Counted from the stretch's first letter, positions 9,296 through 19,010 are shown. The stretch: DNA of 60,674 nucleotides from an uncultured Verrucomicrobiota bacterium (GCA_964535015.1 CAZHRU010000005.1:1-60674), one strand, 5' to 3'. Translations and numbers: made by a program. The notes: generated by a model from the sequence alone, not told the origin.

Positions 9296-10084
9296 TCACT
9301 TCACCGTCAACGTGGCGTCTTCCACAATCAACTCATACTTGTAACCAGCGCCAAAATCCTTCTTGATCCCTACCACTCCGCTCGCCGTCACCACATCACC
9401 CACGTTCGCCAAGTCCTTCGACGTCACCACGAGATCATTGTCGCCCTTGTCCGTTCCGGACCCATCGCGCAGGTGATACCAGTTCCGCCCCAGAATGCTC
9501 GCGTTGGCTTTCACCACCTTGCCCCGAACCGCCACCTTCTTTCCTGACAAGTCCGCCTTCCCCGCCCACACATCCGCCACCGTCTTGCCACCCTCCGCCC
9601 TGTCAATCGTCCCCACCACAACAGACCCCGCCGCCGCGCCACCCGGCATTCCCATCCCGCCGCCAACCGCAGGATGCCCCTCCGGCATCCCTTTGACCGC
9701 CGCCACCGCGCCTGTCTTGCAGGAGGAATCCCCGTTCCCCTTCATAATCGCATCCACGAAGCGGATCTCGTCAAACGTCTTGTTCAACGTCTTGCTGTGG
9801 AATTCCTTGTTCAGGATCCCCGCCCCGACACAGACCGAATCCCCAACCTTGATTTCCGCCATCGGTCCGGCCACCCAGATCTTCTCCGTGCCCGTATCAA
9901 TCCTCGCATAGGTGTACCGGCTGGCATTCATCGTCTCCAGTACCGTCCCCTTGTAAGCCACTTCCCTGCCCGCCGCACCGGCCGCCACCGTATCCGGCGC
10001 CGCCACACACTTGCCGCCCATCGATGTTGACGCCGCCACCAGCGTAATCGCGACCACACCCGCCACCATCAGTTTGCCGCTCAT
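9296..10084 (-). CDS. NrfJ-related periplasmic protein with OB-fold domains
   Basis: Start at 10084 after GGGAG; signal peptide; GTVLETMNASRYTY...WVA...F.SKTL.KTFD.I.F; MPEGHP linker; C-terminal V.VRGKVVK....ILGRNWYHLRDGS...KDFGAGYKY. Confidence 0.7.
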   Translation of the reverse strand: MSGKLMVAGVVAITLVAASTSMGGKCVAAPDTVAAGAAGREVAYKGTVLETMNASRYTYARIDTGTEKIWVAGPMAEIKVGDSVCVGAGILNKEFHSKTLNKTFDEIRFVDAIMKGNGDSSCKTGAVAAVKGMPEGHPAVGGGMGMPGGAAAGSVVVGTIDRAEGGKTVADVWAGKADLSGKKVAVRGKVVKANASILGRNWYHLRDGSGTDKGDNDLVVTSKDLANVGDVVTASGVVGIKKDFGAGYKYELIVEDATLTVK

Positions 10085-10134
10085 TTGTTTGCTCCCTTGT
10101 TTTGGAAAACCCGCCGCTTGGAAAGACCAACCCC

Positions 10135-10953
10135 TCAGCTCCGCCCGTAACTGTGAAGCCCCGACAGCAGGAAGTTCACCCCGTAGTAGGTGAACAGTAC
10201 CGAGAGAAATCCAATGATCGAGATCCATGCCGCCAGCCGCCCGCGCCAGCCGCGCATAAACCGGCAATGCAGAAAGACCGCATAGACAAACCATGTGATC
10301 AACGACCAGGTCTCCTTGGGGTCCCAGGACCAGTAGGTGCCCCAGGCCGAGTTCGCCCACACGGCACCGGTCAGAATACCCAGCGTGAGAAAAAGAAATC
10401 CAAAGGAAATGGTCTGCGTCAGGATCGTCTCCAGAGTCTCCTTGGTCTCCTCCTGCGCTGAACTTCCCTTCCGGGCCGATACCAGAAAACCAATCGAGAC
10501 CAGCGCCGAAATCGCGAACCCGCCATAACCGAGAAAACACGTCATTACATGGAAGGACAACCAGTTGCTCTGCAAGGCCGGCATCAGCGGCTTGATCGCC
10601 GATTCAAACGTGCTGGCATGCGCCAGGGCCAACCCCGCAAACGCCGCCGAGGCCGCCGTCAGCCAGGGAATCTTCGCCCAGATCCGTAACACCAGGTAAC
10701 CCACCGCCACCGTCCAGGCGAAAAGCACCAGCGATTCAAACATATTGCTGAAAGGGGCCCGACCCGCCTGCTCCCACCTTACCCCCAGATACACCATCTG
10801 GATCAGGGCGCCGGCGCCAATGAGCACATCGGCGGCAATGGTAAAAAAACGCCACCGCGCCATCACGTATACCACCGCACAAACAAGCGCCCCGAAATAG
10901 GCCCCCAGACTTGCGTTAAACAATGCGGTCATGTCACTAAAGAATGCGCTCAT
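10135..10953 (-). CDS. ccsA: Cytochrome c biogenesis system II CcsA/ResC
   Basis: WGTYWSWDPKETW (WWD) motif, conserved His in FHV and LHSY, multiple TM helices. Confidence 0.95.
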   Translation of the reverse strand: MSAFFSDMTALFNASLGAYFGALVCAVVYVMARWRFFTIAADVLIGAGALIQMVYLGVRWEQAGRAPFSNMFESLVLFAWTVAVGYLVLRIWAKIPWLTAASAAFAGLALAHASTFESAIKPLMPALQSNWLSFHVMTCFLGYGGFAISALVSIGFLVSARKGSSAQEETKETLETILTQTISFGFLFLTLGILTGAVWANSAWGTYWSWDPKETWSLITWFVYAVFLHCRFMRGWRGRLAAWISIIGFLSVLFTYYGVNFLLSGLHSYGRS

Positions 10954-12185
10954 GTTACTACTCCCGGTTTCTTCCGTTGCGAATCAAGCCAGGGGCCCAC
11001 GCAAAATACCACCGTCAACCCCGCCATCATCAAGACGAACCCGGCGTACACGAGCGGCACCCCGGGATCGCGGACCACCTGCAGTGAAGTCCATTTCATG
11101 TCCTCCGGATTGTAGCCCGATTGGTAAAACGTGTACCCCTTGTATGAAACCGGCGAGTTGACCGCGATCGTCTTTTCCAGAACCACCTTCCCGCCATCAA
11201 TGAACTGAAGCGTGCTCTTGAACGCCTTGATCGCCCCCCCTCCCTTCACCGCGCCGGGATGGAACAGGAACCTGAACCGCAATGGCATCCCCACCCCATC
11301 CGCCCCCTTCGCGCGGGAGGTGAACTCAGGGAACCGGGCGAACACCCATTCGGTATTGGTTTGCCCCCCACCCTGCACCGACACTTGAATGGCGGGATTG
11401 TTCGGTTCCGACGAACTGCTCCGCACCTCGCCTGAAGAGGCGTCAATCGTAAACGCAGGAACATAGCGGGTAACGGTCAACCGGAAGTCCGGCTCCGCGT
11501 TCGCCGCCGCCCCCGGAGCGGCAATGGCCCGCACCACCCCCACCTCAACCGGAATCTCCGCCCGTAACCCCTTCTCCGGCCACTGAACCGCCAGTACGGC
11601 ATGATCACCCTCTGCCTGTTTCGGCGCGTCATACAACTCAATGGCGAATCGCGTCAGATGAACGGAAAACCCTAGTGGCACAACTCCGTCTTGAACCGCA
11701 AACTCCGAAACCGTATCCCCTTCCCGAAAAGCAAGCCCGCCCTTTTCACCCCACACAACCCGTATCACCCCGCCCGTCAGGATGAGCAACATGCTGACGT
11801 GGGCAAGGAATGAACCAATGACACGAATCCGTTTGGCGCCCGAACAAAGCCGTATGGTCAGGTACCGCCGCGCCGAACACGCGGCCAGACAGGCCGCAAG
11901 CAGGCACAGCAACGTGATGAACCACCACGAGGAAAACACATGCGTGAATCCAGCCGCGACCAGCACACGCACCCATCCTTGTGCCCCCGGATATTTCTCC
12001 ACAAACCCGGCGACCTGATCGCCCTGCGGCAGGATCGTCCCAACCAGACAAGCCAGTGCCAGCAAGGTCACAACCCCAAGGGCAAACCCAAGGGACGTCA
12101 ACACCCTGAACACAAAACCACTCGCCCGAGGAGCCACATCAGGCCCCCGCTCCGGCAATATCCCATTCTCAATCAATGCACTCAT
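10950..12185 (-). CDS. resB: Cytochrome c biogenesis system II ResB/CcsB
   Basis: GTILPQ, FSSWWF, FLAHVSMLLIL, I.VNSP..YKGYTFYQSGY, VRDPG.P.VYAG; overlaps the ccsA start. Confidence 0.9.
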   Translation of the reverse strand: MSALIENGILPERGPDVAPRASGFVFRVLTSLGFALGVVTLLALACLVGTILPQGDQVAGFVEKYPGAQGWVRVLVAAGFTHVFSSWWFITLLCLLAACLAACSARRYLTIRLCSGAKRIRVIGSFLAHVSMLLILTGGVIRVVWGEKGGLAFREGDTVSEFAVQDGVVPLGFSVHLTRFAIELYDAPKQAEGDHAVLAVQWPEKGLRAEIPVEVGVVRAIAAPGAAANAEPDFRLTVTRYVPAFTIDASSGEVRSSSSEPNNPAIQVSVQGGGQTNTEWVFARFPEFTSRAKGADGVGMPLRFRFLFHPGAVKGGGAIKAFKSTLQFIDGGKVVLEKTIAVNSPVSYKGYTFYQSGYNPEDMKWTSLQVVRDPGVPLVYAGFVLMMAGLTVVFCVGPWLDSQRKKPGVVT

Positions 12186-12358
12186 CGTTGAAAAACAACT
12201 CGTCTGCTTTCGTGTTACGCACTACTGGTGAGCCCTGAATTATAATGGTGCCCAAGACTCAGATCAACAAAATGATTGTGCCATTCCAATCCTCCACACC
12301 CCACACACGACTGACCCGCCCGCCCCCCTCTGGCGCCGTCATAGAAAAGTTCCATTAA

Positions 12359-12374
12359 TGTGATATGTGTCCCA
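12359..12374. promoter_or_regulatory. CRP-like box TGTGA-TATGTG-TCCCA
   Basis: 9/10 match to the CRP consensus with AA/TT flanks, in the AT-rich divergent promoter between resB and the c554 gene. Confidence 0.55.
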
Positions 12375-12453
12375 TTGTCGCCATTGTTCCAATAATGAGA
12401 TAGTGGATGGTACTGAAGGAACAACGAAGCCTCACTTTGAAGGAGACCGTTAC

Positions 12454-13047
12454 ATGCAAGTATTCGCTAAGTTGGTTGTGTCTGGCCTGATTGTAACCGG
12501 AATGTCGTTGGGAGCCGGTATCGGCCGCGCCCAGAGTGCCGATGCGACTCTGTACGTTGGCCTCAAGAGTTGCGGCATGTGCCACAAGAAGGACGACACC
12601 GGCAACCAGTTGGCGAAGTGGCAGTCCGGCCCCCACGCCAAGGCGTTCGCAACGTTGGGTACTCCGGAAGCCAAGGCCGCTGGCGCCAAGGTTGGCGTCA
12701 CCGATCCCCAGACGAGCGGCAAGTGCCTGAAGTGTCACTCGACGGCGTACAATTGGACCGAAACCGTTGCGACCGATAAACTTACCCCCGAAGATGGCGT
12801 CACCTGCGAGTCCTGTCACGGACCGGGCAAAAACTACAAGAGCAAGGCCATCATGGAAAGCCGCGACGAATCGGTCAAAAATGGAATGGTCTATCCGGCC
12901 ACCAAGAGTTGCCTGCTCTGCCACAACGACAAGTCGCCTTCCTGGAATCCGGCGCGCTACACCGCAAAGGATGGCAAGAAAGTCGGATTTGACCTCGAAC
13001 AGGCGGTCAAGAAGATCGAGCATCCGAATCCCGCCGCGAAGAAGTGA
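12454..13047 (+). CDS. Tetraheme cytochrome c554-family periplasmic cytochrome
   Basis: ATG after AAGGAG; signal peptide; YVG...CGMCH, CLKCH, GVTCESCHGPG, CLLCH. Confidence 0.85.
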   Translation: MQVFAKLVVSGLIVTGMSLGAGIGRAQSADATLYVGLKSCGMCHKKDDTGNQLAKWQSGPHAKAFATLGTPEAKAAGAKVGVTDPQTSGKCLKCHSTAYNWTETVATDKLTPEDGVTCESCHGPGKNYKSKAIMESRDESVKNGMVYPATKSCLLCHNDKSPSWNPARYTAKDGKKVGFDLEQAVKKIEHPNPAAKK

Positions 13048-13081
13048 TCTTTTCAGTGAGTCTTAAACAAAGGGAATCAAC

Positions 13082-15538
13082 ATGGAGTCCACGATGATGA
13101 AGATGAACGCTGCAAGTAAGACGCTGGCAACAGCGGTGGCCATCGGCATGATGATGTCGACCGGCACGATTCTGGCCCGCGATTATGACATGAAGCATTT
13201 GAGCGAGGGCGGTATCGATCCGTACATCCATGTCACCAGTATCGCCGTCGGAGCGCAGACCACGGCTGTCTCCTGGGTTGGACTCCAGGGTCCCTTCCAG
13301 GTCGAAGCCAGCACCAACGGCATGGTCAGTTGGTTCACGGTTTCCCCGCTCACCAATGCGTTGGTCGGGTGTTTCCGTCTGGCCAACCCGGGCCCCATCG
13401 CCGCCAACTTCCGCCTTGTCGGACCGGAGTTGCAGTACATATCCGTCGCCAATGGTTGTCAGGCCTGCCACCCCAACACCGTCAATAGCTGGTCCTACAC
13501 CCCCCACGCCAGCGCGTTACGGACTCTCGCCGCGCAGTCACCAAACCAGGCGACGAATACCGCCTGCCTGAGTTGCCATACCCTCGGTTATGGATATCCT
13601 ACGGGTTACAACACCACCAACACCCCTTGGAAGGGTGGCGTCCAGTGCGAGAATTGCCATGGTCCCGCCGGCGGACACGCTGGCGCCCAATTCACGCCCG
13701 CCGTGTCACAGTCCCCGATGGTCTGCGGCGGTTGCCACACGGGCGCTGACCAACCCCAGTACGACGAGTGGGCCGGGTCAGCCGGTCGAACCTACTACCA
13801 TGGCCGCGTAGGCACGAACATGCATTTCGCTTCCACCTACGCCAATACCAACATCGCGACGAGCGAAGGTCGCATGGCGCAGTGCGGTCCCTGCCATTCG
13901 GGCAGAGTCCAACATGATTTGGTGAAGGCCCCCCCGATCAGCGGCCCGAACACCAGCGTCCTCTTCCCCACAACAAATCAAGTGCTCGAAGCCGGTGTCG
14001 GGTGCGTCACTTGCCACGACCCGCATAATCAGCATCTGGAAAATGGCGGATATCATCTCCGCTATCCTCTCTACTCCACGAATGCTTACACTGTTCCTTA
14101 CATGCAATTCACCAACACGTATGGCCCCTTGTGGGGTGCCAACGGAATGGCGTTCGGTGCAAGTCGTGCTACAAACTTCTTCCTGGCCTGGACCAACCAC
14201 ATGTCGTACTACAACCCCGATGTGATGCTGTGCGGACAGTGCCACCGTGAACGCGTGTCGGAATTGACAACGGTCCTGAACAGTTCAACACACGTCTCGC
14301 ATCAATACAGCATGAATTCGGCGACCATCGGCATAACGACCGACACCAACACGGTCCCGCGCCCGGTTCTGGGCACCGGATCATCTCAACATGGCATCAA
14401 CACCAAGGGCGCCTCCTGCACCCTGTGCCACGTGCCCCATGAGTTCCATGTCGAGACCAACGGGTGCTACCTGTCCGGTTGTCATGACATCGGCGTGGAC
14501 AGCAACATGTATGAAGTCATTGAAAGCACTCAGGCTTCAATTTCCAACAGCCTCCTGCAGGTTCGCGACATGCTGCACGCCTGGGCCCTCAGCACCAACT
14601 GCCCCTCCTCCATCACCAACACCCATCTGACCGGCTACTCCCCTGCGCGCTGGACCATCAAGTGGGAATACCAGAGCGTCGGCGATCTCTCCAAGTGGGG
14701 TGTACCGTCCGCGCAAACCAACACCGGGACATCTTCGGCGCAACAGTCTGTCATCCCACTGGCAATCCGGGAAGCCCGCTACAACCTCTACCTCGTCCGT
14801 AATGATGAATCCATGGGCGTGCACAATCCCGATTGGGCGCGCTACCTCATCGCCGTGGCAAGCAACAAGGTGGCAACCGCCCTTGGCGGAACTTGGACCC
14901 GCCGAGCCATGTTCTCAACGATTAGCCCCCTCCTCGCAACCAATGTTGCCGACGGGGCAAGCACACAGGTCATCACGGTGCAGGCCAAGGATGAAGGTGG
15001 CACAAACATCACCACGGGCGGGGACTCTGTGGCCTTCTACGCCTCTGTCGGGACACTGGGCAGCGTAACCGACGTCGGCGACGGAACCTACACGGCAACC
15101 TGGACGGCGCCAACTTCGACGTCGAAACGCGTCGCCAGTATCCAGGCCACGTTGAATGGCACAGGGGTGGGCGGTTTCACCGGTTCGCCCTTCTCCACCA
15201 TTGTGCTCATCCCGGGCACCGTGGATGCCTCCCATTCCACTATCAGTCCGCTCGCCGCAACCAACTCAGTCGCCAGCGGCACCAACCGCACAATCACCGT
15301 GCAGGCGCGTGACGTGTACAACAACAACCGTGTATCAGGGGGCGATACGGTCGTGTTTAACGCCACGGCCGGCACCCTTGGCAGCACATCGAACCTGAAC
15401 AACGGCACCTACACGGTGCGCTGGACGGTTCCGGCCAACACCAACATCAACCCCGTCATCATCAGCGCCACCCTGGGTAGTGTGGATGTTGGCACCGCGG
15501 TGAGCGCCTCCAACAGCGTGATCTGGTTGACACCCTAA
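13082..15538 (+). CDS. Secreted multiheme cytochrome c (8 CXXCH + 1 CX4CH) with two C-terminal invasin-type Ig domains
   Basis: c554/c552-like heme core ending in ARYN..V..D.S.GVHNP; two repeats STISPL.ATN..A.G....ITVQA.D....N...GGD.V.F.A..GTLGS......GTYT..WT.P. Confidence 0.8.
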   Translation: MESTMMKMNAASKTLATAVAIGMMMSTGTILARDYDMKHLSEGGIDPYIHVTSIAVGAQTTAVSWVGLQGPFQVEASTNGMVSWFTVSPLTNALVGCFRLANPGPIAANFRLVGPELQYISVANGCQACHPNTVNSWSYTPHASALRTLAAQSPNQATNTACLSCHTLGYGYPTGYNTTNTPWKGGVQCENCHGPAGGHAGAQFTPAVSQSPMVCGGCHTGADQPQYDEWAGSAGRTYYHGRVGTNMHFASTYANTNIATSEGRMAQCGPCHSGRVQHDLVKAPPISGPNTSVLFPTTNQVLEAGVGCVTCHDPHNQHLENGGYHLRYPLYSTNAYTVPYMQFTNTYGPLWGANGMAFGASRATNFFLAWTNHMSYYNPDVMLCGQCHRERVSELTTVLNSSTHVSHQYSMNSATIGITTDTNTVPRPVLGTGSSQHGINTKGASCTLCHVPHEFHVETNGCYLSGCHDIGVDSNMYEVIESTQASISNSLLQVRDMLHAWALSTNCPSSITNTHLTGYSPARWTIKWEYQSVGDLSKWGVPSAQTNTGTSSAQQSVIPLAIREARYNLYLVRNDESMGVHNPDWARYLIAVASNKVATALGGTWTRRAMFSTISPLLATNVADGASTQVITVQAKDEGGTNITTGGDSVAFYASVGTLGSVTDVGDGTYTATWTAPTSTSKRVASIQATLNGTGVGGFTGSPFSTIVLIPGTVDASHSTISPLAATNSVASGTNRTITVQARDVYNNNRVSGGDTVVFNATAGTLGSTSNLNNGTYTVRWTVPANTNINPVIISATLGSVDVGTAVSASNSVIWLTP

Positions 15539-15595
15539 CGCGAAAAGGCCATTAATCCTCCGTCACGCACTGTGATGGAGGGACGTCAGGCACAT

Positions 15596-15625
15596 GGGGC
15601 TCCCGCAAAGGAGCCCCGTTCTTTT
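15596..15625 (+). terminator. Rho-independent terminator
   Basis: GGGGCTCC-cgcaaa-GGAGCCCC followed by GTTCTTTT. Confidence 0.75.
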
Positions 15626-15643
15626 GACAGACAGGTCTATGGA

Positions 15644-16891
15644 ATGAACGAGGAATTAACACCCGCCACCCCCGCCCCACCGCAACAGTCCCGGCCATAT
15701 ACCGTCCTGGACCTGTTGGCTTCGGTCAAGTTTTCCGCCGCCGTCGTCCTCCTCTTGATCCTGGCCTGTATAGCAGGAACCGTGTTGCCACAGGATGGAC
15801 AGGTTGACCAGTATCTTGTCTCGCATCCGGACGCAGCCGGGCGTATGGCGATTCTGACGGCCGTTGGCCTCACCCACGTCTTCAGTGCCGGCTGGTTCAC
15901 CGCGCTGCTCTGCACCCTTTCCGCCTGCCTTGTCGTCTGCAGCCAACGCAGGTTTAAGGCGATGATCCGCTCCTCAGGCGCCCTGCGGGGTCGCGCCATC
16001 GCCTCCCTGATCCTCCATTCAAGCTTCCTCCTCATCCTCGCCGGCGCCCTGATCCGCTCGATCTGGGGAGTGAGCGGTCATATCCAGTTCAGGGAAGGCC
16101 AAACCCTCGCCGGGTTTGAGAGCAATAAGGGATCCCGCCCCCTTCCCTTTTCTATCCGCCTGGAGACGTTCGAAATCGAACGCTACCCGGTCGAATCCAC
16201 TACCGCCGCTCAACATGAGAACGAGTCCGTATCCCAATGGGGTCAACTGACGGTGCGATGGCCTGAGAAGGAAGTGATCACCAACGTCCCCGCCATTCCG
16301 GGAACGGAACAGATTCTTAAGCCGGAGGACGAACCCGCCTCATCCACAAACACCATGAAGGTCCGCGTTCTCCGTTACGTACCTGATTTCGTCATGGACA
16401 CCGCCGCCCGGGAAATCAGGACCCGCTCACTTGCCCCCAGAAATCCCGCCATTCAAGTTGTGGTCGAAACACCGGAAAAAACAACCACCAACTGGCTGTT
16501 TGCACGTCATCCGGAATTCGGCCTGCAGATGAATGGCGAGCACGCCGAATCGGCTCCACTTGCCAATTTGTATTACCGGCATTCCTCCAGACCGCAGGCA
16601 CCGCCCCCCATCAAAACCTTCCGCAGCACCGTGGCCATTCTGGACAAGGATCACCCGCAACCGTTGATCCGCACCTTGGCGGTCAATTCACCCCTGTCTC
16701 ATCGGGGCTACACCTTCTACCAGTCAGGGTATGATGAACGTGATCTCACCTGGACCTCCTTGCAGGTCGTGCGGGATCCGGGCGTCATGATTGTCTACGC
16801 CGGTTTTGTACTGACGCTGGTCGGTCTGGTCATGCTCTTTTGCCTCTACCCGCAGAAGCCCGTAAAGCCAAATACATCCCGCTATTCGTAG
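15644..16891 (+). CDS. resB: Second ResB/CcsB paralog (no adjacent ccsA)
   Basis: GTVLPQ, FSAGWF, LILHSSF, VNSPL..RGYTFYQSGY, VRDPG; shares an inserted domain with the first ResB. Start placed downstream of the terminator. Confidence 0.85.
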   Translation: MNEELTPATPAPPQQSRPYTVLDLLASVKFSAAVVLLLILACIAGTVLPQDGQVDQYLVSHPDAAGRMAILTAVGLTHVFSAGWFTALLCTLSACLVVCSQRRFKAMIRSSGALRGRAIASLILHSSFLLILAGALIRSIWGVSGHIQFREGQTLAGFESNKGSRPLPFSIRLETFEIERYPVESTTAAQHENESVSQWGQLTVRWPEKEVITNVPAIPGTEQILKPEDEPASSTNTMKVRVLRYVPDFVMDTAAREIRTRSLAPRNPAIQVVVETPEKTTTNWLFARHPEFGLQMNGEHAESAPLANLYYRHSSRPQAPPPIKTFRSTVAILDKDHPQPLIRTLAVNSPLSHRGYTFYQSGYDERDLTWTSLQVVRDPGVMIVYAGFVLTLVGLVMLFCLYPQKPVKPNTSRYS

Positions 16892-16894
16892 TTT

Positions 16895-16910
16895 TGTGAC
16901 ATTGCCCACA
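16895..16910. promoter_or_regulatory. CRP-like box TGTGA-CATTGC-CCACA
   Basis: 9/10 match to the CRP consensus, upstream of the OmcE-like gene. Confidence 0.55.
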
Positions 16911-17052
16911 CACTCATCCATCTGCGAATATATAACCATAGTTTCGGAATCACTCTTGGGATTCCGGAAAGCACGGGGAGAGATCCTCGCGCTGTTGACG
17001 GAAGGACGCTTTTTTGAGTAAGAACTCGTTTCAAAGGAAAGGTCAGTCGAAA

Positions 17053-17709
17053 ATGAATAAGAGGATGAAGTGGATGTCGGTGATGGTCGCGGGAACACTG
17101 GTGCTGTCAGGGGCGTCGATCGCGAAGGCGGGTATTGCCGGTTCAGCGCACGACTTCAGCACCGAACTATGGAGTGCCGGGACCTTGTGCGGAGTGTGCC
17201 ATGTCGCTCACAACGCCAAAACACCTCAATTGATTCCCTTGTGGAGCCATGAAACAAGTTCGGATGCCGGGTACACAATGTATACCAGCGCCACGTTCAA
17301 TGCGGCCGGAACCATTTCCGCGGCCCCTAGCGGTCCCTCGAAAGTCTGCCTGAGTTGCCATGACGGCACAGTTGCCGTTGACAATTTCGGCGGCACTACC
17401 AATGGAACAACCTACACAACGGCGGGATACGGCCTCCTCTCGAAGGACCTTAGCAATGATCACCCGATCTCCTTCACCTATGACTCCTCACTCGTGAGCG
17501 CGGACGGCTATCTGCATGAACCCACTACCGCAACTGTTCCCAACATGGGGACCAGGACCATTTCGCAGGTCATGCTGACCGACGGCAAAATGGAATGTTC
17601 GTCCTGCCATGACGTGCATCGGCAGAAGGGAAGTTCCGGATCCGACTCGACCCTGCTGATCGTCAATGGCGCAGGGAGCAAGTTGTGCTTGACCTGCCAC
17701 AACAAGTAG
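17053..17709 (+). CDS. omcE: OmcE-like secreted tetraheme cytochrome c (cytochrome nanowire family)
   Basis: About 218 aa with signal peptide; S.HD.S...CGVCH..HN...PLW...YTSAT...S..CLSCHDG...DLSNDHP..F...ECSSCHDVH...GSKLCLTCH.K follows the motif order I recall for Geobacter OmcE. Confidence 0.75.
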   Translation: MNKRMKWMSVMVAGTLVLSGASIAKAGIAGSAHDFSTELWSAGTLCGVCHVAHNAKTPQLIPLWSHETSSDAGYTMYTSATFNAAGTISAAPSGPSKVCLSCHDGTVAVDNFGGTTNGTTYTTAGYGLLSKDLSNDHPISFTYDSSLVSADGYLHEPTTATVPNMGTRTISQVMLTDGKMECSSCHDVHRQKGSSGSDSTLLIVNGAGSKLCLTCHNK

Positions 17710-17762
17710 GTAATCGTGCCCAGCGTAGGTTGCGCTGAGGTCCGCGACGATCGTTATCCATG

Positions 17763-17793
17763 GGCATCCGCCGGGAAACCGGCGGATGCCTTT
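17763..17793 (+). terminator. Strong 12-bp GAAA-loop hairpin after the OmcE-like gene (terminator or mRNA stabiliser)
   Basis: GGCATCCGCCGG-GAAA-CCGGCGGATGCC-TTT. Confidence 0.7.
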
Positions 17794-17816
17794 AGGTTAT
17801 TCTGGGACCGCCGGAA

Positions 17817-19010
17817 ATGGGGGCAAAACATACGATGCGACACATAATTCGACCTTTTTTGCTTGCGATCAGCGCCGTCTGCCTTCTGGCCGGGTGCGCC
17901 ACCCACCGCACCGGCGCAATTGCCCCGGTCTTCTACCCGCCACCCCCGGATCCGCCCCGCATTCAGTTCCTGAAGACCTTCTCCACCTCCCGGGATATCA
18001 ATCCGCAAAGCCGGTTCTCTCAATTTATCCTGGGCCCGCTTAGTCCGCGCCCCATCATCAAACCCTACGGGATTACCATCCACAGCAACTCCATTTACGT
18101 CTGCGATACCATGCTGGGCGGTCTCGCCGTTTTGGACCTCGAAAAACCCGCCATGGACTACTTTGTGCCTGCGGGACCGGGCCGCCTCCTCAAGCCCATC
18201 AACATTGCCATCGCTCCGGACGGAACCCGCTATGTCGCGGACTCCGAGCGAGGTCAGGTTCTCGTGTTCAACCCCACCGGAGACCTCCTCGGAACCATCG
18301 GCAAGAAAGCCGAACGCCGACAGAAGGCTTCCGAGCGAAGCGCCGAACCCGCACCTGGGAAGCCCGTCACAGACAAAAAGGAAAGCGCGGATTCGGAGAC
18401 CGACTCAGTGGACATGCGCCCCATCGATGTCCTCGTGAATTCCAATCGCCTCTTTGTCGCCGACCTGAAGGGACACTGCGTCCGCGTCTTCGACAAGCAA
18501 ACACTGGCGCCGGTCATGACCATTCCCGCGGGAGTGTCTACGAATGAAGAAGCCAAACTGCTATCCCCAACCAACCTGGCGCAAGATCAGCAGGGGCGCC
18601 TGTATGTGTGCGATACCGGCGCTTTCCGCGTCAAACTCTATGACAGCGACGGAACCTTCATCCGGTCGTTCGGTCGTTACGGTAACCGGTACGGGGAACT
18701 GGCTCGGCCCAAAGGAGTGGCTGTGGACCGTGAGGGTCGCGTCTATATCGCCGACGCCCAACTCGACGCCATTCAGGTCTTTGATCCCGCCGGTCAGTTG
18801 CTCATCTCTTTCGGCCAACCGGGCACCTCCCCAATCCCGCTTATCCTCCCGGCCAAGGTGGCCATTGACTATGATCACATCAAGTACTTCCAAAAGTATG
18901 TCGCGCCGGGATTCACACTAGACTATCTATTGCTGGTCACCAGCCAGTACGGCGAACGGAAGGTCAACGTGTATGGATTTGGACACTCCGTCAAACAAGA
19001 TTCGCCCTGA
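17817..19010 (+). CDS. NHL-repeat beta-propeller lipoprotein
   Basis: Lipobox LLAGC; repeats P.GIA.D..GR.YV.D. Confidence 0.85.
   Translation: MGAKHTMRHIIRPFLLAISAVCLLAGCATHRTGAIAPVFYPPPPDPPRIQFLKTFSTSRDINPQSRFSQFILGPLSPRPIIKPYGITIHSNSIYVCDTMLGGLAVLDLEKPAMDYFVPAGPGRLLKPINIAIAPDGTRYVADSERGQVLVFNPTGDLLGTIGKKAERRQKASERSAEPAPGKPVTDKKESADSETDSVDMRPIDVLVNSNRLFVADLKGHCVRVFDKQTLAPVMTIPAGVSTNEEAKLLSPTNLAQDQQGRLYVCDTGAFRVKLYDSDGTFIRSFGRYGNRYGELARPKGVAVDREGRVYIADAQLDAIQVFDPAGQLLISFGQPGTSPIPLILPAKVAIDYDHIKYFQKYVAPGFTLDYLLLVTSQYGERKVNVYGFGHSVKQDSP

Noticed and set aside
13082-15538. Calling this NrfA (nitrite reductase), given the NrfJ-like gene nearby
   Set aside because: No CXXCK motif, and the heme count and domain layout differ; catalytic function is unsupported.
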